This document shows positions 1 to 11,629 of a stretch of DNA of 51,240 bases, piece after piece. The notes under the pieces were generated by a model, which was not told where the DNA came from, searched no databases, and saw only the letters and a list, made by a program, of their open reading frames with translations. Every line of letters begins with the position of its first letter. The first letter of the stretch is position 1. Source of the stretch: Malacoraja senta (Eukaryota); the NCBI GenBank assembly GCA_038087875.1, contig CM075996.1, positions 10,790,001 through 10,841,240 on the forward strand. The letters run 5' to 3'. The position numbers were made by a program, and so were the translations under genes.

Positions 1-520
1 TGATTTTGCTGAGGATACTGATGCCTCAGTTGAGCCAGTTGAGATCAAGAAGATGAGGCAAATGGTAATCAAGCCATATGATTTCAGCAGCGAACAAGAA
101 GGGGACCTGGTAGATTGGTATCATCTTGCTTGCCCCATCCTGATGGTCTTGAAAATTTGTGATACACATTTATTTTCTTCCAGTTCAACAAGGAGAAACC
201 ACTGCGTGCCATCTCCAGTGAGGATGAGCTTGATCCTCTTGAGGGACCCACTGGATCCACCACCCGACCAGTCAGGAGTACAGCCAGAGAAAGCAGACCA
301 TTGCCATCCCCACTGCAAGCTCCAGCACAACTGAGGCTGAGGAAGAAGAGTCTAGACGGGCAAGTCAGCGGGAGATGATCAAACAAGTCAGCGGATAATC
401 AAAGAACCTCCTCTGCAAAGCAAAGCTAGCTACCTATGTCATTGCAAGCAAGGAGTGCATCTACATCGTACATCTACACCCCTGTCCTCACAAAGCAGGG
501 AATTTTAAGTAGGCATAAAA

Positions 521-3500
521 GATGCAGCAGCCCAGGCAGACCAGTACCCCATGCAATGACTATGAGAGCGGTTAGTGCAGAAATAACATCATTTTTCCAT
601 TTCCCGAACAATGAGTTCAGGAACCCTGTCCAGGAGGTGCCAACTCCCGAATTCTCAGCCAATTCCTCTGCCAGTGAAGTGAGTCCAGCCAGGGCCCTGG
701 AGACCGACCCATCAGGTGCGGTATTATTGGGAATAAAGGTGCAACAAGATGATCCGAACATTACACATACACCTCCCTTGTCCTGCTAGTAGCATGTCCA
801 AGGCCATTCTATTCTGCCAGGCCATTAGACTGGTCCGATCTAGTTGTTCGGCTAACCCTTTCACAGCATAGAAACATAGAAAATAGGTGCAGGAGTAGGC
901 CATTCGGCCCTTCGAGCCTGCACCGCCGTTCAATATGATCATGGCTGATCATCCAACTCAGTATCCTGTACCTGCTTTCTCTCCATACCCCCTGATCCCT
1001 TTAGCCACAAGGGCCACATCTAACTCCCTGTTAAATATAGCCAATGAACTGGCCTCAACTACATTCTCAACTACATCTCTGTGTAAAAAATGTTTTTCTC
1101 ATCTCAGTCCTAAAAGATTTCCCCTTTATCCTTAATCTGTGACCCCTTGTTCTGGACTTCCCCAACATCGGGAACAATCTTCCTGCATCTAGCCTGTCCA
1201 ACCCCTTAAGAATTTTGTAAGTTTCTATAAGATCCCCCCTCAATCTTCTAAATTCTAGCGAGTACAAGCCGAGTCTATCCAGCCTTTCTTCATATGAAAG
1301 TCCTGACATCCCAGGAATCAGTCTGGTGAACCTTCTCTGTACTCCCTCAATAGCAAGAATGTCCTTCCTCAGATTAGGAGAGCAAAACTGTACGCAATAC
1401 TGCAGGCGTGGTCTCACCAAGACCCTGTACAACTGCAGTAGAACCTCCCTGCTCCTATACTCAAATCCTTTTGCTATGAATGCTAACATACCATTCGCTT
1501 TCTTCACTGCCTGCTGCACCTGCATGCCTACTTTCAATGAGTGGTGTACCATGACACCCAGGTCTCGTTGCATCTCCCCTTTTCCTAATCGGCCACCATT
1601 CAGGTAACAGTCTACCTTCCTGTTTTTGCCACCAACGTGGATAACCTCACATTTATCTACATTATACTGCATCTGCCAAGCATTTGCCCACTCACCCAGC
1701 CTATCCAAGTCATCTTGCAGCCTCCTAGCACCCTCGTCACAGCTAGCACTGCCCCCCAGCTTCGTGTCATCCGCAAACTTGGAGATGTTGCATTCAATTC
1801 CCTCGTCCAAATCATTAATATATATTGTAAATAGCTGGGGTCCCAGCACTGAGCCTTGCGGTACCCCACTAGTCATTGCCTGCCATTCTGAAAAGGACCC
1901 GTTTACTCCTACTCTTTGCTTCCTGCCTGCCAGCCAGTTCTCTATCCACATCAATACTGAACCCCCAATACCGTGTGCTTTAAGTTTGTATATTAATCTC
2001 TTATGTGGGACCTTGTCGAAAGCCTTCTGAAAGTCCAGATAAAACACATCCACTGGTTCTCCCTTATCCACTACTAATTACATCCTCGAAAAGTTCTATA
2101 AGATTCGTCAGACATGATTTACCTTTCATAAATCCATGCTGACTTTGTCCAATGATTTCACCTTTTTCCAAATGTGCTGCTATCCCATCTTTAATAACTG
2201 ACTAGCAGTTTCCCCACTACCGATGTTAGACTAACTGGTCTGTAATTCCCCGTTTTCTCTCCCTCCCTTTTTAAAAAGTGGGGTTACATTAGCTACCCTC
2301 CAATCCTCAGGAACTACTCCAGAATCTAAAGAGTTTTGAACAATTATCACTAATGCATCCACTATTGCTGGGGCTACTTCTTTAAGTACTCTGGGATGCA
2401 GCCTATCTGGCCCTGGGGATTTATCAGCCTTTAATCCATTCAATTTACCTAACACCACTTCCCGGCTAACCTGGATTTCACTCAGTTCCTCCATCTCATT
2501 TGACCCCTGGTCCCCTGCTATTTCCGGCAGATTAATTAAGTCTTCCTTAGTGAAGACAGAACCAAAGTAGTTATTCAATTGGTCTGCCATGTCCTTGTTC
2601 CCCATGATCAATTCACCTGTTTCTGACTGCAAGGGACCTAAATGTGTTTTAACTAATCTCTTGTATAATTGATAAATCGCTGCTGATTATAATATAAGTA
2701 ATTTATCCAATCTACATTTTTATTAATGGTTGACCACCAGAAGATGACAGACTCAAATCCTGCAGCTATCTGATTGCGTGCCTTAAATTCATCTGGAACC
2801 CCTCTGGGCACTCCAATTTCATCTATGTATATGTGTGCATCAAAATAATCCTTAGCAAGTTCCCTTTTCACTCTATTCCCTGTCTCGGATTTCTCCTTCA
2901 CATCTTTCAGTGCTACGAGAGTAAACAGCATCATCAGCTGTATCAACCTGTTGAGTTGGTAAAATTTAACGGGAAGGGTGTTGGAATAAGTTGTGGTTTT
3001 GCGGATGCACAAGCATAACAATCCGTCCTGTCTAAGGACTTAGCTGTGTAACGCATCCATTCCAACCATGCATTATCATCCCTATATCCGGTCTCAATTT
3101 CCAGACTCTTCCAGAGGTCTGCTACTGGGATGACCTTAATTACTTGTTCTCCTGTCTTTGGTGGTCCCCGAGTTTCCTTATCTACCTGGGGCCTTACTGT
3201 AACTTCAGTGTCTGCTGGTTCGACTACTCTCACTTCCAACTGGCTACAGGGATCCTTCCAACTAACTTCGACACACACGTAATACCACCCTTCATCTTTC
3301 GTCTGGATGTTCCTCACGGTTATATACGTTTTCCAAGTAGGCTGTGTATTTCCCCATCTTCCCCAGTTACTCCAGCCAGGGTTTGTATGGGTGTAGAACT
3401 TTCTTTTTAACGACCATCGCTGGTATTGCGCGATTCCGGTCTATTTATAGCCTGAGGACTCAAGAGTGTTGGAAAACATAATACCATTTCGAGCATGGTG

Positions 3501-3678
3501 CTAGACAGACATACACCCCATCCGTTACGTATGCTCTGTCCTCGCAACTGTCAGTTTTATACTGACATGGGTCGATTTCAAAAGTGCTAGTACTTCCTCG
3601 GGCCATGTATATTGTATACTTCGCATATGCTGTGGTGATTAATGCAATTCCACTCAGAATAATCATCCCCCACTTCAT
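521..3678 (-). pseudogene. env: ERV env pseudogene (gamma-type), interrupted by a CR1 LINE at 870-2655
   Basis: Signal peptide MKWGMIILSGIALITTAYA, CXXC motif (CYAC), furin site RVKR, YIDEIGVPRGVPDEFKARNQIAAGFES, ISD-like QNRMALDMLL, CX6CC (C-VMFGSS-CC across a frameshift) and a TM helix. Confidence 0.93.
870..2655 (-). mobile_element. CR1-clade LINE, 5'-truncated, young
   Basis: ORF2 RT motifs KSPGPD, YLDFQKAFDKVPH, GVPQGSVLGP, FADDTK. Conserved 3' UTR with a TTTCTATG tail. Confidence 0.95.
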
Positions 3679-3708
3679 GGTTTTGGAGGTGTAGTTTCGT
3701 TACTGGAC

Positions 3709-6700
3709 CTATACAGGCCGTAAGCCGTCGTCGGTCCCCCTTTCTCCTACTCTGAAGTTGGGATTTTTACTCTTTTGCAGTGTGTTATATGTACCCACGT
3801 TGGCCTTTCGGCCATTCTTACCGCAGTGGGAGTAGTAAGTAGTACTTGATACGGACCTTCCCACCGAGGGCTTGACCACCTTGTACTGCGCTAGGGTACT
3901 ATCTTCACTTACTGTCTCAGAAAACTTTTGTAGAACAGGGTATTGGAATGGTTTACCATACAATATTTCGTACGGGGACATTCCCCTCGTACTTGGCAGC
4001 ATTCTCATATTTAATAAGACTAATGGGAGGCAATCTATCCAGGAGAATCCCGTTTCCGCCATTGCCTTCCTTAATTTGCTTTTAATAGTTCCATTAGTCC
4101 TTTCTACTAACCCTGCAGACTGTGGGTGGTAAGAGCAGTGATGTTTTAATTGTATTTTTAGGGTCGCCGTGAGCTTCACTATTACCTCATTGACAAAATG
4201 GCTCCCATTGTCACTATATATTTTCTCTGGTATCCCGAACCTTGGTATGATGTCCCTGAGGAGAGCTTTTGCCACTGTCAACGCGTCCGCATTGGCAGAG
4301 GGAAAAACTTCAACCCGTCGGGAAAATACATCAATAATCACTAAACAATATTTCTTCCCTTGTGATAAAGTCCATATTTAAATTTTGAAATGGGTACCTT
4401 GGTTGTGGGTACTTCCCTTGTTGTTTCTTCATGTTTCCTTGTGGATTGTACCTGGCACATATCTCGCACGTTTCGCAGTACTTCTTTGCATAACTCGTGA
4501 ACCCATAGGTTTTGAACACCTTGACTAATTGCACCATTCCTCCTGTTGAGACATGGGTTACCCCATGACTCATAACACAGGCAAATCGGAATAGGGACTT
4601 TGGCAATATCAAGCGTCCATCTTTATATCTCCACAGTCCATCCTCCTGTTTTCCCGCTTCATCCATTTTCCATTTGTATTTTTCCGTTGGGGGTGCGGCC
4701 TTTTGCATGTTTTGCAACACCTCGTGGTCCACTTCTTGTATCTCCAGTCCGAACTCTTCTTTATGGTCTGGGGGTCGCTGGGCTGCCTCCTTGGCAGCTG
4801 CATCAGCTATTCGGTTTCCATTACTGATTGAGTCTGTTCCTTTGGTGTGTGCGGCACTTTTGCAAATGGCTATTGCTTTTGGCAGTAGCACGGCTCCAAG
4901 AAGGTTAAGAATGAGATCCTTATGCAGTAGGGGTTTTCCTGTGGAGGTAACCATTCCTCGGTTCCTCCATTGTGCGGCGAAGACGTGTACCGTGGAGAAA
5001 GCGTAGGCACTGTCTGTGTAGATGTTGACCCTCTGCTAGTCTGCAGGCTTCTATAAGTGCAACTAATTCTGCAGCTTGTGCAGAGTAATGTGGTGGCAGT
5101 GCTTTGGCTTTCAGTGAATCGGTTTCCGTGACCACTGCAAAACCCGATTGGTTTGTTCCAGTCTCATTCTTCTTGCAGGACCCGTCGATGTACAATGTCA
5201 GGTCCGGGTCTTTCAAGGCGTTGTCCTTGAGGTCTGGTCTTGGCATCACTAACTTGTCAGTCTCTTCCAGGCAATTGTGCGGTTCCCCGTCTTCCTCGGT
5301 CGGCATCAGTGTAGCTGGGTTCAAGGTAGTACATCTTTCTATAGTCAGATTGGGTTGTGATAGCAGTACTGCCATGCAAGACAAATGCCTAGCTGGTGAT
5401 AGATACGAGATCTTTTGTTGTAGTAATAGGACTGATACAGCGTGTGGTACCCTCAATACCAGTGGCCTATATAAGACGATCGTTGCAGAAGCTTGTACTG
5501 CTAATGCTGCGGCTATAACCAATTGTAGGCACGTTGGAAGGGCTCGTGCCACTTGATCCAGCTTGGTTGAATAGTAGGCGATGGGTCTCAATTTCCCTCC
5601 ATGGTCTTGCAGCAGTACGGACGTCATGTATCCCTGTTTCCTGTCAACTGTTTGGATAAATGGCTTCTCTGAATTTGGTAAGGCTAGTACAGTGGACGAT
5701 ACCAGTGCCTGTTTTACAGTCTCAAATGCCTCCTCCCCTTCTTCTGTCCAAGTTATCTGTTATTTTGCCGCCATTGGTTGGTGATAGATGAGTTGCAGAA
5801 GTGGTCCCGTCATTTCGGCATAGGTTGGGATCCATTTGTCTGCAGAAATTGGCCATTCCCAAGAATTGCATAGTTTCTATCTTGGTTGTGGGCCTTGGTG
5901 CGGCTAGGATTGCTTTTTTTCGGTTCCCATCCAGTTCCCGTCCTTCCTGGGATATATCGTACCCCAAGTACTTAACCTTTTCTTTACATAGTTGTAGCTT
6001 TCCTTTACTAACCTTATGTCCTTGTTCTGACAGGAAATTAAGTAATGTTACTGTATACTTCTCGCAGCCTTCCATCGTCGGGGAGCAGAGTAACACGTCA
6101 TCCACGTACAGGAGAATTTTGCTAACGTAGGGGGGTGTAAACTTCTCAATATTTGAACTCATTGCCATAGAAAATATTGTCGGACTCTCGGTGGATCCTT
6201 GAGGTAGTCATGTGTAGGTCCATCTTTTTCCTTCAAAGGTAAAAGCAAACCAGAATTGACAATCCGGGTGTACTGGTATAGAGAAGAAGGCATTAGCTAG
6301 GTCGATCACAGTGAAGTACCTATGTTTAGGATCGATGTAACTCAGGAGGGTACTAGGGTCGGGAACACACGGAGCTCTTGGCATCACAGCTCGGTTTACG
6401 GCTTGGAGGTCTTGGACCATTCTCCATCCGTCGGATGGTGCCGCTTTCTTTACCGGGAACATAGGTGTGTTACACGGAGAGTTTTCACATGGAATGATGA
6501 CTCCTTTTCCTTTTAATGCCTTAAAGATTGGTCTTATCCCCTCGATTGCTTCTTTTCGCAAGGGGTACTGCCTTTGGTACGGTCAGTGGGATGTTTTTGG
6601 GGTTACCCGTACAGGACTGATTCCTTTTATGAGTCCATCGTCGGACGGTCCGGCTGACCACAGGTGTTTGGGAATCTGTGCTATCAGTTCCTCGTCCTGT

Positions 6701-7006
6701 TCCGTGAGGTTCTTCCACCGTCGGCTAGGTGGACCCCCTTGGCCCCCTTGTCGTCCAGTTCAGTGCTCGTGTATATAGTCCTGCACGTTTACTGTAGTAG
6801 ACCTGTGCTTTCCCGTCTACCAGTGTCCAATTCTTTTCTGCTTCCCCCTTTGCGACTAGTTCTCCTAGGTATCTCCACCTGCCTCCTTGCTTTTTGGAGA
6901 CAGAAACGTGGGGTCTTGAAGGGTAGCCGCGGAACAATTCGTAGTCCTTAGCTAGCCTTACTGCTATGGCGGCATTACCTTGTTGGTCCCAATACAAGTC
7001 AGTCAA
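3709..7006 (-). pseudogene. pol: ERV pol pseudogene (RT-RNase H-integrase), frameshifted
   Basis: RT: NTPMFPVKK, WRMVQDL, IDLANAFFSIP, YT*LPQG, LLYVDD. Connection: RPIAYYS. RNase H: LYIDGS, SAQAAELVAL. Integrase: H-GVTH..CETC zinc finger, YSDNGSHF, YHPQSAGLVERTNG. Confidence 0.95.
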
Positions 7007-7019
7007 GTGTACGGTAGAG

Positions 7020-7915
7020 TAGCAATGTTACAAAATTTTGAGATTTTAAAAATAAAGTCTGCAATTTATCCCATCAGATAAAGCATAAAAAGAAGTTTAA
7101 TTTGACACTTAATTCACTTTCATATCTTCAGTATTAAAAAAGGTATGGCCATTATCATACTCAGAAATTAGCATCTAGTTCCCTATTGCTTTTCCATTGA
7201 CTTAACACAAAAGCTGTGATCGAGGACAGTTAAAAGCCCATAACTTTCTTAAAAATTATGATAACTGAAAGAAATTTTCAGGTATAATAGATTGAAGCAT
7301 TCTGAAACAAATATGAAACAATCTTACTTCGAAGACATGAAAGTAAAGCATATAATTAGTTAGTTACCTAATTGTAGCTAATTACAAAATTCAATTACTA
7401 GATCTAAACATCTATCAATTTCTTAAGAATAGATTAACATTTTTAAATAGCCTAAGTGTCCAAATAACATTCACACAATAATTCACAATATAACATAATT
7501 TTTAAATCTAATTTTCATGAATTTACAGGCCAAATGGAAGGAATTGAATGTTTAATACCTGTAAATTAAATGGGGATTTAATTCATTTTGCGAGTGAGGA
7601 TTACTGGAACGCGATCTTTTGGAACGTTGATTTGCGGTGAATTTAACCCCGTATTGGCATGAAAAATACTGCCGTTAATTCGGGGAATAAAATCACCGTG
7701 TCGCATGACAAAATGTGAATTAAAGGCTTCTTAAGAAGCACTTTTATACATTTAAAGAAAGCACTTTCGTTTACCTGTCCCATGCGTGAAATCCGTCCCC
7801 GTTATCGGCGTTGACGCTTCAGGAGCTGCTTTTAAAATGACTGTAGCGCTGACATTGACGATTTAATAAAAATAAAAAATTCACAAAACGCCGGTAGGAA
7901 CGATTTTGTCAGCCA
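7020..7915. mobile_element. Non-autonomous AT-rich DNA transposon, one end missing (same family as 27485-28492)
   Basis: Starts TAGCAATGTTACAAAATTTTGAG and is collinear with 27485 onward for about 900 bp. No second TIR is seen. Confidence 0.85.
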
Positions 7916-7959
7916 AGGCTGGAATATCCAATGGAGGAGTGTGGCCCCACTTGATGCAA

Positions 7960-8275
7960 GGATTCCATCGAGGGGTAAATGTCAAAGGCTAGAGGGCGTA
8001 GCTTTCAGGTAAGAATGGCGATGTTTAAAGGAGATATTGCCCCAAAGTTGTTATTTAAGAGTGGTGGGTGTCTGGAATGTGCTTCCCGGGATAATGGTGG
8101 AAGCAGATACGATAGTTGATGTTTAATAATATTTTAGATTTTAGATAGGCACATGGATATGCAGGTAATGGTGGGAAATGGATCACATGCAGGTTGAGAT
8201 TAGTTTAACTTGGCATCATGTTCGGCACAGACATTGGGCCGAAGGTCCTGTTCCTGTGCTGTACTGTTCTATGTT
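7960..8275 (+). mobile_element. Old CR1-like 3' fragment
   Basis: Degenerate RG-H..FKGD..RVVGVWN-type 3' end followed by the ggccgaagg-cctgttcctgtgctgta tail. Boundaries approximate. Confidence 0.7.
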
Positions 8276-8839
8276 GGAGGATGACTTGCTTTCACTCTGA
8301 TTTTGTTCTGAGCAGGTCATTATGGAGAAGGGAGACTGAGGGATGAGAGTACTAGTTAATGATACGCTGTAAACTGTGAAAGGGATGATATGTGTAGGCA
8401 GGAACTGCAGGTGCTGGTTTAAATTGAAGAAGGGTCTTGACCCAAAACGTCACCCATTCCTTCTCTCCAGAGATGCTGCCTGTCCTGCTGAGCTTATTTC
8501 AGCATTTGCGACTATCTTCAGAAGGGATGATATGTTAGAAAGTCGTCATTGTCGAATGTAAGATCAAAATGGGCAATTGCTGACGTGAGTGCACTGTTGA
8601 CCCCAAATAGGGTGTGAGAGAGAACAAGTTCATAAGGAAATTTCCAACAAGTGTAAATGTGCAAGGACAATGTTGTTGGATTTCAATTCCCCGGAGGTGA
8701 ATCGTGATTAGTTGTAACTATTCATACGAGGAGGATAATATTGTTACAGTAAACAAATGTGAAATATTGTATGGGACGTGCAGAGAATAAGGGGAGGTAT
8801 CAAGGGTCGATCATTTTAGTCAATGGGTAGCTCACCAGG

Positions 8840-9737
8840 CTGGGATGAAAGGTATCCCAGGATGTTGAAGGGAGCCAGGGAAGAAATTATAGATGCTCCA
8901 ACTGTGATATTTTGATTCTTCCTCACTGCAGGAGTAATACTGGAGGATTAGATTACTAACATACAGTTGTTTAAAAAGGGAGCATGGGAGAGCCCAAGTA
9001 ATTACAGGCCAGTTAGCTTAACCAGTGGTGGACAAATTATTGGAATAGATTCTAAATGGTATAAAATTCATTTAGAAGTGAATGATTTTTAGAACTGAGA
9101 GTAAGCATGCTGGTAAAGGAGGCAGTGAAGAAAGGTAATGGCATGTTGGCCTTCATAACAAGCAAAGAGTTCCTTCTGCAGTTGTACGGGGCCCTAGTGA
9201 GACCACACCTGAAGTATTGTGTGCAGTTTTGGTCTCCAAATTTGAGGAAGGATATTCTTGCTAGTGGATGCCAATTCTCTGGATGCTTTCATAGAAACAT
9301 AGAAAATAGGTGCAGGCCATTCGGCCCTTCGAGCCAGCACTGCCATTCATTGTGATCATGGCTGATCGTCCTCTATCAATAACCCGTGCCTGCCTTCTCC
9401 CCATATCCCTTGACTCCACTAACCCCTAGAGCTCTATCTAACTCTCTCTTAAATCCATCCAGTGACTTGGCCTCCACTGCCCTCTGTGGCAGGGAATTCC
9501 ATAAATTCACAACTCTCTGGGTAAAAACATTTTTTCTCACCTCAGTCTTAAATGTCCTCCCCTTTATTCTAAGAGTTTATTTCAAGAGAGTTAGATAGAG
9601 CTCTTAAAGATAGCGGAGTCAATGGATATGGTGAGAAGGCAGAAACGGGGTACTGATTGTGGATGATCAGCCATGATCGTATTGAATGGCGGTGCTGGCT
9701 CGAATGGCCTTCTCCTGCACCTATTGTCTATTGTCTA
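8840..9737. mobile_element. Cluster of CR1 fragments (plus-strand RT remnants; minus-strand 3' end 9291-9572; plus-strand 3' end 9579-9737)
   Basis: PLFKKG/NYRPVSL-like and ALVRPHLKYCVQFWSP remnants, plus two oppositely oriented CR1 3' UTRs. Confidence 0.75.
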
Positions 9738-9979
9738 AAAGTTGAGTTAAGGAGAGGTCGTCGGGATTGAGTACATGCAGGAAGGCTCTGTCTGACTGAT
9801 GGTTAAATGTTTGAGTTGGTGACGAAGAATTGATAAGGGCAGCATGTTTCATGGAGACTATGGTTTTCAGTGAGGTTTTTGGCAAGGTCCCACATGGCAG
9901 ACTGGTCAAAAGGTAAAAGGTGAGTGGTACATTGGAACCAAAATTAGATTTGTGGTAAAAAGCAAAGGTTAATGTGTGG

Positions 9980-10540
9980 GAAGGAACTGCAGGTAGGTTT
10001 ACACTGAAGATAAACACAAAATGCTGGAGTAACTCAACAGGTCAGACAGAATCTTTGGAGAAAAGAAATAGGTGATGTTTTGGGTCGAGACCCTTCTTCA
10101 GACTGAGAGGCAAGGGAAAGGGAAATGAAAGATATAGACGGTGATGTAGAGAGATATGGAACAAATGAATGAAAGATATGCAAAAAAGTAACAATGATAA
10201 AAGAAACAGGCCGTTGTTAGCTGTTTGTTGGGTGAGAAAGACTACAGACAATGAGACTCATCAAGACGACTTGGAAGCTGGTACAACTTGGGTGGGGGAG
10301 GGATGGAGAGAGAGGGAATGCAAGGTTTACTTGAAGTTATAGAAATCAATATTCACACCGCTGGATTTTAAGCTGCCCGAGCAAAATATGAGATGTTGTT
10401 CCTCCAATTTGCATTTGGCCTCACTCTGACAATGGAGGAGGCCCAGAACAGAAAGGTTAAGTGTGGGAATGGGAAGGGTAATTAAAGTGTTTGGCAAACG
10501 GGAGATCAGGTAGGTCCAGGCAGACTGAGGGCAGTGAGTG
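9980..10540 (-). mobile_element. Penelope-like element remnant (endonuclease C-terminus plus terminal repeat)
   Basis: LSVLGLLHCQSEAKCKLEEQHLIF..SLK.SGVNIDF is typical of the C-terminus of Penelope GIY-YIG domains. It is followed by the CTGAAGAAGGGTCTCGACCC repeat. Confidence 0.8.
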
Positions 10541-11629
10541 GACTGAGGCGACTGCATACCATGAATGTTGCTTGCTTCAGTGCAACCTTTCTGCCTCTGC
10601 AGGTGTTGGCCTCTTGATGTCATCCACAGGTATCTGGTCTCATGCCGAGAAGCCGGGCGCGCTGGAAAGCACTCAGATGAGCCCCTGACCGTTCCATCCA
10701 CGTGCACTCTCGCTCTTCCTCCTGGAGCCCTCTGCCTCCGCAGCTCACAGCTGCCCGTGAGCAGTCCGGGTGTCAGGGGTTATGGGGAGAAGGCAGGAGA
10801 ATGGAGTTAGGAGAGATAGATCAGCCATGATTGAATGGCGTAGATGGGCTGAATGGCCTAATTCTGCTCCTATCACTTATTACCTGATTACCCTGGAGCT
10901 GCCCTGGCTGCAGGATCCCTCGCAGTCCATTCACCCTTTTCCCACATTCTGGTACAGCCACCAGCATCCCAATAACTTGCACAATCACAGGAGGTCCTCG
11001 GCACAATCATGTCCATCCCTGGGACTCCAGGATAATCATGGTGTTGTAGTCATGCAACATGTTGTTAGTTGGCCTCACCAAGCAAGTTGGCGAACTGGAC
11101 TCATTTGGCCCACAGTCCTCTAAACACTTTGTCAATATTTCTGTCCAAATGTCTTTTCAGAGTGTCAGAAACCAGTGAGTACCTGGTGGATCTTGGCATT
11201 CATTGAAACTCTTCCACAGCAGTAGGAGCTTAAAATGCATATTTAAAATTCCATGTGTGGGTTTTAGTGGGTTGGAAGTTGTTCTTCGTCCTTCCGCGGC
11301 CAAGTCTGACCTAATCGGCCATCCTGTCGATCAGAATAGGCTGTCCTCCCTGCCAATATACTTCAATAGACCATCCCTCTTGCCAATCACAATACAGAAT
11401 ACATTTGGCCGACCCTCCCTCCTTGTCTATTGTGCATGGGCTTCAATCAGCCATCCCTCCCGGCTTCTCACTGTGCCTTTGTCTGGTTGCCCGTTCACTT
11501 ACACTGGAGGCCTATCCTCCTGATGCAGCTGATGCTTGCAGTGGGAATGGCATGTGAATTGGCCGCAGCACTAGTGCAGCTAGAGGCATGTGCTTTGCAG
11601 ATCTGAAAGGGAAGGGTGAGAGTCAGGTG

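Larger units (their letters stand above)
521..7019 (-). mobile_element. Decayed endogenous retrovirus (epsilon-like/fish ERV; pol and env only, no gag, protease or LTRs visible)
   Basis: The minus strand carries, in order, a 2H-like segment, RT, RNase H, integrase and env. There are many frameshifts and stops. The 5' side is cut at 7020 by a DNA transposon and the 3' side ends within the env TM tail (GVLVCLGCCI). Confidence 0.95.

Noticed and set aside
121..330. Minus-strand ORF after env as a retroviral accessory gene
   Set aside because: Env is already broken at ~521, there is no true ATG start or recognisable motif, and the plus strand looks more protein-like.
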